A DNA stretch of 28,682 nucleotides from a virus. Its lineage: Duplodnaviria > Caudoviricetes. Shown in pieces: positions 1 through 9,756 of this stretch. Position 1 is the first letter of the stretch. Each line of letters opens with the position of its first letter. The notes under the pieces were generated by a model. It was not told where the DNA came from and did not search any database. It saw only the letters and a list, made by a program, of their open reading frames with translations. Location: positions 1 to 28,682 of the IMG/VR virus record IMGVR_UViG_3300048598_000375; one strand, given 5' to 3'. Both the position numbers and the translations under genes were made by a program.

Positions 1-2406
1 AATTGGTAGTGAGCCAAATTGTTGATTGTTTGCAGGTGAATTTATTAAATCGGTAATATCCTGCTTTGCATAGAAAGAGACAGTTCCATCATTTACTATC
101 GTACCCTTCTTATAAATAATATCAGATTGCCAAGTTAATCCTTGAAGTTTAAATGGTGTGATACTCATAGACCTGTCATCGAAATGGCTCAATAATGGTG
201 TTGTGTACGTTAGCGAACTGAACCATCTTTCAGGGTATTCCGCGTATCTGGGTGCTGTGGAAAAAGTATGTACGCCATTACCAATATCCCATTGGAATGT
301 TGTAGGACTATATATTTGATGTAAATTAGGCGGCTGCCCTTTGCTCCCATCCCTGATAAATGGAGTATGCCGGCCTAAAGAATATTGCCATGTTTTACGG
401 AATGTGCCTTCAGATTCGGCATAACAATTCCATCCTCTTAAACAGGTATCTGTGTCGGGATAATTATACAAATGGCTGTACTGAACGCTTCCTTTGCCGA
501 CAGTCGTCATTGCCGCCCATCTGCAAATCTCCGCTGGAATAAACTGCAAACCAATCTGATACGCCCAATCATACCTGCCTAGTTCTGTTAGAAAATGTTC
601 AAAACCGCTTTCATTATCGCCCCAGCATGGATCATTAACATCAGGATAATCATGCCAACTGTCGCATTCATTTTCACAGTAGCTTACATAACCATTTTCA
701 GTATACTTATATAAGCCGCCGTCAGACGGATCATAATATATAGAGCCAACCGTCGGCTCTGATGGTTTATTTGAAAAGAAAAATCTTCGCCAATTACTTT
801 TATATAAACTGCTTGCAGGTCTGCGCCAATGACTTTGACTTAATATGATTTCAGCATAGTTTTGCAGGCCGCACATACCATTATTGCCAGCTTTTGGATT
901 TACGGTCCAGTTGCCAATATCCAATGGCGTATTAGCCAGTATATCGCCATTATTTGCATATTGATTGCCGGCAAACCAATGATTCCAGCCAGCTAAAATC
1001 CCGTATGCATCAATCTGCGGGAAGGCATATTCATCGCTAACAAGTACAGCATCCCATCTATCACATGTAAATACAGCACCAAGTGATGAAGGATCAGTAA
1101 TATAAAGGCTATTAAACGGCACCTTACATTTTCCATCTTTAGCCCAATATATACCAACTTGGCCCGAGGGTTTGATTAATTCTTTTTCTTTATAGGCATA
1201 AATAATGAGTTCGTTTTGATTTTGGGGGTCTGTTTGAGTTGGGAAAAGGAAAGATGCCGGGCAATTTATGAAATTTTCAACCCGTGCTATTTCAATACCT
1301 TCTTCTCTGTCGATTTCGATTTGATAATCCAGGATTTTACCGATAAAATTCTTATCATAATCATGCAGGTAATTACCGTAATCGGGTATAAGCTGCCATG
1401 CACTTACTGTGTTATGCAGCCAGCCATCATTTACACGTTCCCATTCAACAGCCAAATCATCGTGTTTTTGCCAGTAATCGGTATTTGATAATGCGATACC
1501 GGCAGGAACATCGTGCAAAGCTTGGTAAACTGTAATACCATCGACATCTCTAACCAGAGAGCCTTTAAGCCATGTCGTAGATGACCATTCACTGCCGGCA
1601 TATATACCGGTATCTTTTGTAATATCGAGTCTTTCACCTGCCCATAAATGCGGAGGTATTGACATTAATTGTATTTGGCGTTTCGCTCGCCAGCCACCCT
1701 GCCATGAAACATGCTTTTCTTTTTGATACCCCTGGTCTTTGACCCATGTATCATAATGGATTTTAGTTTCGCACCGTTGCGCACTCGAATTGTAATAAGT
1801 TGCAGGCGGGCCATAATCTGACAAACCCCAATATTCTGTATTGTATGTACCATCTGATTTTTTAGGAGCCTGGCCTGCGGGAACATTTTTTATAGCTGTA
1901 TAAATATTACCATCTTCAAGATAAAATTTTCTCGCGCCTTGTAAATATGACTGACTTGAAACATATTCAGGATCGGCATTGACCGTATCGAACAGATAAT
2001 ATTCATTGCGGCTAAACTCTCTGGTATTTTTCCACCGCAGCCACCTTCCTGCATAAGTTTTTATCTGGTCATTATTACCGGTTTTTGTGCCCATGCCATG
2101 TGAGCGATCGAACATGGCAATTTCAAATAAAGCTATATACTTATTAGGAACATCTGTATCCTGCCAATAATTTAAATCAGCCTGATTCCTAAAAAATGGA
2201 AGTGCATATTGATTCCATTTAACAACAGCATTGTCGTTTTCTGTGTCATAACTTCCGGGAAAAGAAAAAGACTTTGCTATTAATATCTGGCGCAAATCTT
2301 CAAAGAACAATGAAGAGATAACCGGCTTAGCACCTTTGGCAATATCTGCTTTAAATTTAGTCCAGTCGGCCCGGAGCCAATAGTTTTGTAAAAGCTCGCT
2401 GCTCAT
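1..2406 (-). CDS. Large tail-tip/receptor-binding protein with CBM5/12-like aromatic modules (3' truncated, >802 aa)
   Basis: Not in the ORF track because it has no stop in the window. Manual translation from ATG 2406 (ATGA overlap with the upstream stop) is open to base 1: MSSELLQNYWLRADW...NNQQFGSLPI. It is Trp/Tyr rich, with modules such as EWSSTTWLKGSLVRDVDGITVYQALHDVPAGIALSNTDYW. Function is inferred from position after the tape measure. Confidence 0.85.
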   Translation of the reverse strand, partial: MSSELLQNYWLRADWTKFKADIAKGAKPVISSLFFEDLRQILIAKSFSFPGSYDTENDNAVVKWNQYALPFFRNQADLNYWQDTDVPNKYIALFEIAMFDRSHGMGTKTGNNDQIKTYAGRWLRWKNTREFSRNEYYLFDTVNADPEYVSSQSYLQGARKFYLEDGNIYTAIKNVPAGQAPKKSDGTYNTEYWGLSDYGPPATYYNSSAQRCETKIHYDTWVKDQGYQKEKHVSWQGGWRAKRQIQLMSIPPHLWAGERLDITKDTGIYAGSEWSSTTWLKGSLVRDVDGITVYQALHDVPAGIALSNTDYWQKHDDLAVEWERVNDGWLHNTVSAWQLIPDYGNYLHDYDKNFIGKILDYQIEIDREEGIEIARVENFINCPASFLFPTQTDPQNQNELIIYAYKEKELIKPSGQVGIYWAKDGKCKVPFNSLYITDPSSLGAVFTCDRWDAVLVSDEYAFPQIDAYGILAGWNHWFAGNQYANNGDILANTPLDIGNWTVNPKAGNNGMCGLQNYAEIILSQSHWRRPASSLYKSNWRRFFFSNKPSEPTVGSIYYDPSDGGLYKYTENGYVSYCENECDSWHDYPDVNDPCWGDNESGFEHFLTELGRYDWAYQIGLQFIPAEICRWAAMTTVGKGSVQYSHLYNYPDTDTCLRGWNCYAESEGTFRKTWQYSLGRHTPFIRDGSKGQPPNLHQIYSPTTFQWDIGNGVHTFSTAPRYAEYPERWFSSLTYTTPLLSHFDDRSMSITPFKLQGLTWQSDIIYKKGTIVNDGTVSFYAKQDITDLINSPANNQQFGSLPI

Positions 2407-3452
2407 TGAAAAACCGCCATCACCTTGCCATCAACTATCGATATTGTTCGAATTTCAGGCTCACCTACAGGAAGCAGAGTTTCATCGAGATAATACCGTT
2501 TAGTTTGACCTGCTAATACGCGGCTTGTTATTCTTACCCTTGCCCCAACCGCAAATACCGGTACGCAATCCTTAACCAGAGCCTCGGAACTATCTCCTTG
2601 CCCGGAACCTAACGCATATTCGATTTTTATTTCTTCAGAGATTTCCCAATCTGTTGCGTTTTCATGCGGAGCAATCGATGGATATTGAATTTCTCCGGCT
2701 TTCTTTGTATAGACTCTGTTATTTGCAGGGTCAATTACCGGTGTGCCTTCCACATATGGCGGATCATGATTTTCCTGCCATACTTCATAGTTTAATGAAT
2801 CGAGCCTTACAATATAAAAACCATTGCCTACATATTCCGGCGAAGTACTTGCAGCATAAGGATCTTGAAATGTCGGGGCAACTATAACTTTTGCCCACAA
2901 TTCAGATACAGTACTGCCACCACCGGAACCGCCAAACCTCACAATCGCAAGTTTGGTCCCTGTTCCATCCTCTTTATATAAGATAACCGCCGCACCTGAC
3001 GCTGCGCTTTCAAGCTGCGTTATGTCACTATCTTTAATATCAGCAAAATTGTGCCCTTCATCAATTATATTAATCTGTACCGCTGTAACCCCCGCAACAT
3101 ACGCCCTGCCTATGCAATCGATTCCGATAGGCTCTGCCGTAATTACAAATCTGCCATTGGCGTGATCTGCTTTTGATGGGGTTACACCAGTTAAAACAGT
3201 CATTTCTTTAAAGCCATTTGTTGTCGGATCGATTTGGCTGCCGCCAATACCGAGAATATTCAAACGATCAACTGCTACACCTGTGGTATTTTTTACATAA
3301 ACCATATTTGCAGCTAGCTGCTTACCGATTTGCGATGAAACATTATTTTTTCTGTTGATATAGTCCTGTGCCGCATCGACCATTGCGTTATATGTACGGG
3401 CGGGAATTTTTAATCTTTCGCCATCTCGGACTTTTCTAAATGCATCACCCAT
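2403..3452 (-). CDS. Putative tail-tip structural protein (349 aa) with Gly linker and one CBM-like module
   Basis: Long ORF in the tail operon. FGGSGGGS linker separates two domains; the C-terminal half contains WQENHDPPYVEGTPVIDPANNRVY...P..NATDW. Confidence 0.7.
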   Translation of the reverse strand: MGDAFRKVRDGERLKIPARTYNAMVDAAQDYINRKNNVSSQIGKQLAANMVYVKNTTGVAVDRLNILGIGGSQIDPTTNGFKEMTVLTGVTPSKADHANGRFVITAEPIGIDCIGRAYVAGVTAVQINIIDEGHNFADIKDSDITQLESAASGAAVILYKEDGTGTKLAIVRFGGSGGGSTVSELWAKVIVAPTFQDPYAASTSPEYVGNGFYIVRLDSLNYEVWQENHDPPYVEGTPVIDPANNRVYTKKAGEIQYPSIAPHENATDWEISEEIKIEYALGSGQGDSSEALVKDCVPVFAVGARVRITSRVLAGQTKRYYLDETLLPVGEPEIRTISIVDGKVMAVFQ

Positions 3453-3463
3453 TAATCACCCAA

Positions 3464-4291
3464 TTAAGCACCCAAACCTAACGCAGAAAAATCGCCCGAT
3501 TCATAAACTTGATGGACATAAACTGCTTTAGGAATTTGAATCAGACAGTTTTGGTCCGTGCTTTTTTCGTATCTGACCCAGAGATACTCCCAACCTTTTT
3601 TCTCAATGCCTGATATTGAACCGATCGTTATATTTGTTTTGTTCGGGCTTGCAGCGAATTTGAAATTCAGTTCATAATCACCTGTCCTGCCATGTTTCGA
3701 GCCACTTGCACCCATGAACAATACTTCGCCGGCCTCAAAGCCATGCCAGGCTTGTGAATTTACCTTACTTGTTAATCTAAAAACTGATGTTTTAAAAGCA
3801 GTGCTGATAAAATCGCGAGCGATCCGCTTTGTCTCATTAAAATTAAAAACAGGAACAATAATATCGACGCCATTGACTGAATTGTCATCGACATTGATCG
3901 CTCCCTTAAAATCTGGAGGATTATCACCGTATGATCTAACGGTTAGTGGTGCGATTGTTTGAGTAATTTTCTGGCTGCCACCGCCCGTATCAAAACTGAA
4001 TTCGATATCATCTGTATCTCTGCTGTTATAACCATAATATACGGTACCAATCCATATATTATCTGCAATCTGCTCAACATCGCAGCCAGCTCGCGGTATT
4101 AGGGCCAGACCCCATTCTGCTGGCGCATTTTCCTCAAGGCACAAGATCGCGTCGCCATCATCGCCCGGCTGATTGAATTGTTCCGGCGGTGTAGCTGCAT
4201 CCGGCATTATGATATATTCAACCGTTGCGCTTCGGGTATTGCCGCCGGTTCTTTTTCTGCCTGACCATCTTTCCTGGATACACAATGCCAT
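3464..4291 (-). CDS. Putative distal tail/baseplate hub protein (275 aa)
   Basis: First gene after the tape measure; beta-rich sequence. Function is positional inference only. Confidence 0.6.
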   Translation of the reverse strand: MALCIQERWSGRKRTGGNTRSATVEYIIMPDAATPPEQFNQPGDDGDAILCLEENAPAEWGLALIPRAGCDVEQIADNIWIGTVYYGYNSRDTDDIEFSFDTGGGSQKITQTIAPLTVRSYGDNPPDFKGAINVDDNSVNGVDIIVPVFNFNETKRIARDFISTAFKTSVFRLTSKVNSQAWHGFEAGEVLFMGASGSKHGRTGDYELNFKFAASPNKTNITIGSISGIEKKGWEYLWVRYEKSTDQNCLIQIPKAVYVHQVYESGDFSALGLGA

Positions 4292-4294
4292 TAC

Positions 4295-6367
4295 TTAATC
4301 CCCGAACTCTACCTCATTGCCATCCATATTGTCAGCCATTTCTTCTGTTGCCTCGGCTGTTCGAGTTGTGGCATCGGCTATTTTTTGCATAACGCCGCCT
4401 GCGCCAATTTGGCCCAGACCAAATGCACTGAATGTCCCCGCCGTTGATGCCTTGGTTAAACCTGTATTTGCCTCCCAATCTTTTTGCGGCAGAGGTAATT
4501 TACCCTTTGGTTGTACAGGTTCTTTTGCCTTGGCAATTGCAGCATTGAATTCTTCTTTTGTTTTAGCAAGTTCATCAGCAACACCTTTTTTGCCTGAGTT
4601 AATGCCATCAATCGTATTTTGCAAACCTTCTTCTACATACTGGTTTGCTCCGGCAAGCCCTAAATCAAATTGCTCTTTTGCACGTTTCCTTTTTTCGCTG
4701 CGATTCTTTTCTATTTCGTCAAGTTCAGTTTGTGTTTCTTTTTCCAGTTGAAGTCTTTTAGTATTTGCATCTTTTTCAGCTTTTTCTTTTGCAGCATTAG
4801 CATTATCATCGCGTTGTTGCTTATCATCTGAAAGCATATCATCCATTTGCTTTCGTGCTGAACCTTCATCGAAGTTAGGATCAGATAATTTCTTCCACCA
4901 GATCCAGACATTCATCAATTTCTTGGCAATCCAATCAATTGTATTTCCCCAGAATTGTTTGAAGCCGGCCCATGCTTTTTTAAAAACCTCAACCGTTGTT
5001 ATCCATGCACCTTCAAGAAATGCACCTGATTTGACCCATGCTTTCTTTAAAAAAGCAAGAGTTTCAATCCAGGCAACCTGAATTCCATAAACTGCTGCAT
5101 CCCAGCCAACTGCAATTGAATAAACTGCCGAATACCATATTTCCATAATTGCAAGTTTTATGCTGTACCATATTCCAAGCATCCATTCTTTCGCACGCAG
5201 CCATTCCATTTTTACAAAAAGCCACGCGATGCGTGCAGCCAAACCAATATCACCTTTAGCAAATGCGGCCGCGATACCGCCGATTGCGTTTGTTGCATCT
5301 TCTTTTAAAGTATTAAAACAACCACCCAACCAATTAAGCATCTTACCGCCCAATCCTGTCATCCAAAGCAGTGCACCTACGCATAAACCTATTTGAATTA
5401 TCAAAGTTCCAAGAGGAGAGAGCATTGCAGCTAAAACAGTTCGCAAAATTCCAAAGCCACCGCGAATAAACCCAAGCATCTTGCTGCACACAATAAGAGT
5501 TTTGCCAAAAAGCATGAAAGCTGCGCCGCCTGCAACAAGAACTGTTCCCAGCCACAGAACCATAGTCACAACACCCCTATGTTCTTTGATCCAGCGGGTT
5601 GCAATGCCGATTGTTTCAATCATTTTATTCGCCCATTCTTTGAGCAAAGGAATGACAGCACTGCCAATTGCAGCAGTTAAGCCGTTTTTAATTATGTACC
5701 AGAGTTTCTTAAGCGTTTCATGGAATTCTTCACCAGCTTGAACATCTTCATCGCTCATTACCGCGCCAAGTCTTTGAAGTTCAGCCTTATATTCTGCAAT
5801 TGCGCCGGCGCCTTTACTAAGTAGCGGTATTAAATTTGCACCTGCCTTGCCAAAGATTTTTAAAGCGATAGTGATTCTCTCGGTTGGGTTTTCGATCGAT
5901 GCAATTCTATCAGCTATAAGCATGAATAATTCATCAGGTGATTTGTCTTTCAAATCAGCAGATGCAAGTCCCAGTTTTCCAAAGGCTTCTACCTGTGCCT
6001 TTGAGCCTTTATTAAAAGCGGCCAGATTTTTGTGCATGAAAATAAGTGCCTTGCCAAGCGATTGCATACTTATGTCATTCTGATTTGCGGCAAAGCTAAG
6101 ACCTTGCAGTGAAGTTACACTTACATCTACTATTTGAGACAACCTGGCAATATCATCTGCGAAACTACTGGCGTATTTAGCGGCAGCAATAAGCGGAGTA
6201 ACAATGGCTGTTCCGATGCCCATCATCTTTCTGCCAAAAGATGAGATAGTATTACCCCATTTTTTAATGCTAGATTCAGCACTGCGCAGGCCACGCATTA
6301 ACGCACTTTTATCTGCGAAAATCTCAACGTATGCACTGCCTGCCTTTATTGCACCTGAATTTGCCAC
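4295..6367 (-). CDS. Tail tape measure protein (690 aa)
   Basis: N-terminal AGSAYVEI motif, Ala/Lys-rich helical core (ALKIFGKAGANLIPLL), hydrophobic central segments, 11-residue Trp periodicity (IWYSIKLAIMEIWYSAVYSIAVGWDAAVYGIQVAWIETLAFLKKAW); follows the tail chaperones. Confidence 0.93.
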   Translation of the reverse strand: MANSGAIKAGSAYVEIFADKSALMRGLRSAESSIKKWGNTISSFGRKMMGIGTAIVTPLIAAAKYASSFADDIARLSQIVDVSVTSLQGLSFAANQNDISMQSLGKALIFMHKNLAAFNKGSKAQVEAFGKLGLASADLKDKSPDELFMLIADRIASIENPTERITIALKIFGKAGANLIPLLSKGAGAIAEYKAELQRLGAVMSDEDVQAGEEFHETLKKLWYIIKNGLTAAIGSAVIPLLKEWANKMIETIGIATRWIKEHRGVVTMVLWLGTVLVAGGAAFMLFGKTLIVCSKMLGFIRGGFGILRTVLAAMLSPLGTLIIQIGLCVGALLWMTGLGGKMLNWLGGCFNTLKEDATNAIGGIAAAFAKGDIGLAARIAWLFVKMEWLRAKEWMLGIWYSIKLAIMEIWYSAVYSIAVGWDAAVYGIQVAWIETLAFLKKAWVKSGAFLEGAWITTVEVFKKAWAGFKQFWGNTIDWIAKKLMNVWIWWKKLSDPNFDEGSARKQMDDMLSDDKQQRDDNANAAKEKAEKDANTKRLQLEKETQTELDEIEKNRSEKRKRAKEQFDLGLAGANQYVEEGLQNTIDGINSGKKGVADELAKTKEEFNAAIAKAKEPVQPKGKLPLPQKDWEANTGLTKASTAGTFSAFGLGQIGAGGVMQKIADATTRTAEATEEMADNMDGNEVEFGD

Positions 6368-6370
6368 TTC

Positions 6371-6802
6371 TTACTTCCCTGTAAAAGCCTTTTTAAATAA
6401 TGCTTTTGATTTGTCATCTTTGACTTCAATTACATTTTCTTTATGAGAATTTGTTTGCAGATATGGATTGAAATCTGTCGGCTTAAATACTTTTGCCTTT
6501 TTCGGATCACGATTAATATTGCCGAGTAGTGCCATTAATGCAGAAACGCGATTCCATTCCATCCGATCACGCAGTTCAATTGCCTCCGACATCCACCACA
6601 ATTCACGCAGTGTAAGCGGTCCCGGATTAACGCCTACAAATCCTGCTAAGGTGTAAACTGTCCGCCAAATATTTCCGTCATCTTTTTCTCGACATCGATT
6701 TGCGATAGATTGCTGGTTACCTTGTCGATTGCCAGATTTATCATCTTCTGCTGAGTCGCTGCCGCCTTGGCCCTGTCGGTTCGACCCCGTTTCTGGAAAA
6801 AA
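6371..6802 (-). CDS. Tail assembly chaperone, frameshift extension (gpT-like part of a gpGT fusion)
   Basis: The frame of the 76-aa track ORF stays open upstream to 6802, starting exactly at T TTT TTC, and reads ...IWRTVYTLAGFVGVNPGPLTLRELWWMSEAIELRDRMEW. It is the -1 frame of 6646..7092. Confidence 0.8.
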   Translation of the reverse strand, partial: FFPETGSNRQGQGGSDSAEDDKSGNRQGNQQSIANRCREKDDGNIWRTVYTLAGFVGVNPGPLTLRELWWMSEAIELRDRMEWNRVSALMALLGNINRDPKKAKVFKPTDFNPYLQTNSHKENVIEVKDDKSKALFKKAFTGK

Positions 6803-7092
6803 TCAATCAGTTCATCATAGAATGCATTTTGAGCAGCAAGTATTACATCACCGCCGAGTGACTGACCAAACTGAGAATCGGATATATTTAAGGAATCAGC
6901 CTGCGGTTTTATCAGGCAGTAAATAATATCGCACAGAAGTATCTCATCTGTTCCGATCCGAGTTAGAAGTGGCGGATCCCCCGCTTCAGGTTCCAATAGA
7001 TTTACATTCAATAAATCTCGAACTCGTTTTACACTATCGATCGTCAATGAAATCGTCCATATTCTTGATGCATTATCTGTAAATGTCTTCAT
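6646..7092 (-). CDS. Tail assembly chaperone (gpG-like, 148 aa)
   Basis: Lies between tail tube and tape measure; contains the slippery heptamer at codons D-F-F. Confidence 0.82.
   Translation of the reverse strand: MKTFTDNASRIWTISLTIDSVKRVRDLLNVNLLEPEAGDPPLLTRIGTDEILLCDIIYCLIKPQADSLNISDSQFGQSLGGDVILAAQNAFYDELIDFFQKRGRTDRAKAAATQQKMINLAIDKVTSNLSQIDVEKKMTEIFGGQFTP
6796..6802 (-). other. -1 ribosomal frameshift slippery site T TTT TTC
   Basis: Canonical X XXY YYZ heptamer in the correct frame (GAT TTT TTC). The -1 frame has a TGA immediately before it and is open for about 143 codons after it. Confidence 0.8.
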
Positions 7093-7093
7093 A

Positions 7094-7537
7094 TTATGCT
7101 CCTACCACATCAATCCATGCTATAAATTTACTCATTTTTGCAGTTACATCGACGCTGATCGCTTCTTCAAGACCTTCTGCCCTGTCAAACTTCGTTATCG
7201 CAAAATTTCCATGTGGTCCGCTTGCACCATCCGCTTCCTTTGCATCAGTCAGACAAGCCAGACATATCGTTGTCGATGTAAGGAACGCTGTCTTAATTGC
7301 TGCAAATACAGCATCCGATGGTTTCCACTGCATCTTAAAATTCAGTTCGCATTCTCGAAGTGTAGGTGCTGTTGCCCGCCAGCCTGAATTTGCTCTTGTG
7401 GTCACATCTGCCTCGCCGGCCGAAAGTGATACTGTCAGATCCTTTACATTGCCAACTTCCGTAAGCGTAGCCAGTTCCGCATCCTTTGCCCCCTGGTAAA
7501 GTTTTGCATTCATTCCTAAAATAAAATCTACTGCCAT
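7094..7537 (-). CDS. Major tail (tube) protein (147 aa)
   Basis: Strong SD (CAGGAGG). Tube-like motifs EVGNVKDLTVSLSAGEADVTTRANSGWR and GNFAITKFDR; directly upstream of the chaperones. Confidence 0.82.
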   Translation of the reverse strand: MAVDFILGMNAKLYQGAKDAELATLTEVGNVKDLTVSLSAGEADVTTRANSGWRATAPTLRECELNFKMQWKPSDAVFAAIKTAFLTSTTICLACLTDAKEADGASGPHGNFAITKFDRAEGLEEAISVDVTAKMSKFIAWIDVVGA

Positions 7538-7552
7538 TTGAACCTCCTGAAG

Positions 7553-8005
7553 TTATTTATGAACACTATTTTTCCACACCGCTGCCATCCTGGATTTGTT
7601 TACAGCTAATGCCGGCGCCATAAAGGGGCGTGCAGCGATATGGATATTTTTATTTTTTATTTTTGTACTACCGCTGTATTCGAGTGTATGCGGCACGTTT
7701 TTACCTTTAGCTCTGAGTGCCACAGGTCCAACAACAACAGATCTGGCCTGCGGGTCAAACGAATAATAAATATAGTTTCTAAGCAGGCCCGTATGACTGA
7801 GCGGCGGTTTGCCGGGTTTACTGACAGCTTTTCCATTAGGTGCTTTCTTTATAGATCTTCTTGCGGTAAGTCTGATCATACCGCCGATTCTATTTAGAAC
7901 TTTTCGTGTTGCAGAATCTACGGCAGCAAGTACCTTTGGACTATCAAAGAACAAGGTTTTTACTTTGAATAGAGATTTACCAAATTCTGATACTGCTTTT
8001 GCCAT
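7553..8005 (-). CDS. Tail completion/neck protein (HK97 gp10 / virion morphogenesis-like, 150 aa)
   Basis: Basic protein with HTGLLRNYI, HTLEYSG and IAARPFMAPAL, matching the TG.L..SI / .EYG / .RPF..PA pattern of this family. Confidence 0.75.
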   Translation of the reverse strand: MAKAVSEFGKSLFKVKTLFFDSPKVLAAVDSATRKVLNRIGGMIRLTARRSIKKAPNGKAVSKPGKPPLSHTGLLRNYIYYSFDPQARSVVVGPVALRAKGKNVPHTLEYSGSTKIKNKNIHIAARPFMAPALAVNKSRMAAVWKNSVHK

Positions 8006-8499
8006 TAGCTAAAATATCCAAAAAATACATCCGCCCTTGTTACATTAGTAAGCGTAATTATTTCCGCAGCAATCCATGCGATGTCGAGTCCATCAAAACT
8101 TATAGTGCACAATAAATTATTGCCGCTATTTACTGTTTTGATATCTGTAGGCCAGTAAGAAGTAACGGCGGCCGAATCAGCGTACCTTGCAAGGCTGGTT
8201 GACTTACCAGTCTGCGGGTCTTTATTGCAAACCATGGTACCAAGCGTAAAAGTTACATCCGCAATAAGCTGTGCCGGACCAGATTGTGGATTTCTTCCGC
8301 CCCAGAGACGAACTCCGATAGTTCCGTTTTCATCGCCAATTGCTGCAAGGATTAATTCCAAAGCTCTTATAGGTGCGATATTAATATTCTGGGCATAGCC
8401 AGGTTTGGAATCAAAAGTATTTGCAGAAAGCGCCGGATTATCAATTGCCTCTACTGAGCGTAAAACTTGCCAACCTGAATTATTTCTAAAATTATTCAT
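8005..8499 (-). CDS. Hypothetical virion protein (164 aa)
   Basis: Coupled ORF in the morphogenesis operon; beta-rich; no motif recognised. Confidence 0.7.
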   Translation of the reverse strand: MNNFRNNSGWQVLRSVEAIDNPALSANTFDSKPGYAQNINIAPIRALELILAAIGDENGTIGVRLWGGRNPQSGPAQLIADVTFTLGTMVCNKDPQTGKSTSLARYADSAAVTSYWPTDIKTVNSGNNLLCTISFDGLDIAWIAAEIITLTNVTRADVFFGYFS

Positions 8500-8500
8500 A

Positions 8501-9754
8501 TTACACCAATCTATTTAACCTCCTAAATGGACTTGCAGGCGCAAGTGAGCCAACGATATTTCCATGCTGAATACCTTTCCTTACAGATTCAGCAGGTAAT
8601 TGAAGTGGAAATCTCCTTGGCTGATTACCTGTGCCGTTGTCACTTTCATGGTATGTTTGGTAATAATTTGCCGATGTATTATCAACCAGGACTGCACCAT
8701 TGTAGGCATTGCAAAATAGCGTATCTATAATATTGCCCTTTATTACAGCTGCACCTACACGCATCCAGTTGCTGGCATTAAAACCATAAGAGCCTTCTGT
8801 AAGTCCGCCGATAAGAGCCTCTGTAATTGTGATATGATTTGCAGGTGCATTATATGAACATATGCCGCATCCGTATCCTGTACCACCTTGTACAATCCTT
8901 GCAGTTAAATAAGCATCGGCATTCATAATATGTATTCCGTTGTTGCTGTTATCGCCGCCGATGACTTGATCTGCTATGATGTAAACTTCAGAAGCCTCGC
9001 AATACAAGCCGCTTGCAAAACCTGACCCCTGACAGATACCGTTTATAGATACGTGATTTTCACCACCATAAATATAGATACCGTATCCACCCAATTCAAT
9101 GCCGCCATATACATTGCCATTGATAATTAAATTTATTGAATAACCAGAAAGAGTAACAGCAGAACCCATTGAGCCTGTGAGATTTCCGGTAATAATTATT
9201 GTTGCACCATCAGCCTCGCAAAATACGCCTTCACAGACATCAGCGCTCGATCCTATAACGTCACCTGTAATACATACATAAGGTGAGCCGCCATACATCA
9301 TTTGAATACCGAAGCAGCCATCGCCGATTACATTACCATTTACAGTAACATGTGCACTTGATTGAAATACTAATCCGGAATTACTGATACCGCGTATTGT
9401 ACCTTCTATTTCCAAAGGAGTTGTTGCATCGGCCGGATCTTGAATTAGTATGCAGGTATCTTCATTGGCAATTACATTACCGGTTATCTTCACAGCCCCT
9501 GTTGAATTACCAGCTATGTCCCGCCCTTTGAATACAAAATTTCCACCAATACTGCCGCCTATTTGAGTTACAGTCGTCAATTCTTTGCATGTAAAACTGG
9601 TATTGATCCTTATATTGATTTTACCATTTGCAAATAAAACGACCGTTCCATCGCATGTTGCAAAATCAACAGGTGTATTATTTGTCGGATGCGTATGCCA
9701 CAAGCCGGCAGCATTTATATTTGCATTACTACTATGTGCATACCATATAGGCAT
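8501..9754 (-). CDS. Gly-rich repeat protein, predicted parallel beta-helix (417 aa)
   Basis: About 9-10 imperfect 23-26 aa repeats of type h-x-I-x-G-x-V-x-G...G-h (VTVNGNVIGDGCFGI, VCITGDVIG, IIITGNLTG, LIINGNVYGG, VSINGICQG). Confidence 0.72.
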   Translation of the reverse strand: MPIWYAHSSNANINAAGLWHTHPTNNTPVDFATCDGTVVLFANGKINIRINTSFTCKELTTVTQIGGSIGGNFVFKGRDIAGNSTGAVKITGNVIANEDTCILIQDPADATTPLEIEGTIRGISNSGLVFQSSAHVTVNGNVIGDGCFGIQMMYGGSPYVCITGDVIGSSADVCEGVFCEADGATIIITGNLTGSMGSAVTLSGYSINLIINGNVYGGIELGGYGIYIYGGENHVSINGICQGSGFASGLYCEASEVYIIADQVIGGDNSNNGIHIMNADAYLTARIVQGGTGYGCGICSYNAPANHITITEALIGGLTEGSYGFNASNWMRVGAAVIKGNIIDTLFCNAYNGAVLVDNTSANYYQTYHESDNGTGNQPRRFPLQLPAESVRKGIQHGNIVGSLAPASPFRRLNRLV

Positions 9755-9756
9755 AG

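Noticed and set aside
1-2402. Apparent 2.4-kb gene-poor region suggesting recoding, a pseudogene or ncRNA
   Set aside because: Manual translation shows one uninterrupted standard-code minus-strand ORF from 2406 that runs off the window. The short track ORFs here are shadows.
1-9754. Diversity-generating retroelement or invertible tail-fibre switch
   Set aside because: No reverse transcriptase, invertase or near-identical nucleotide repeat pair seen; cannot be excluded beyond the left edge.
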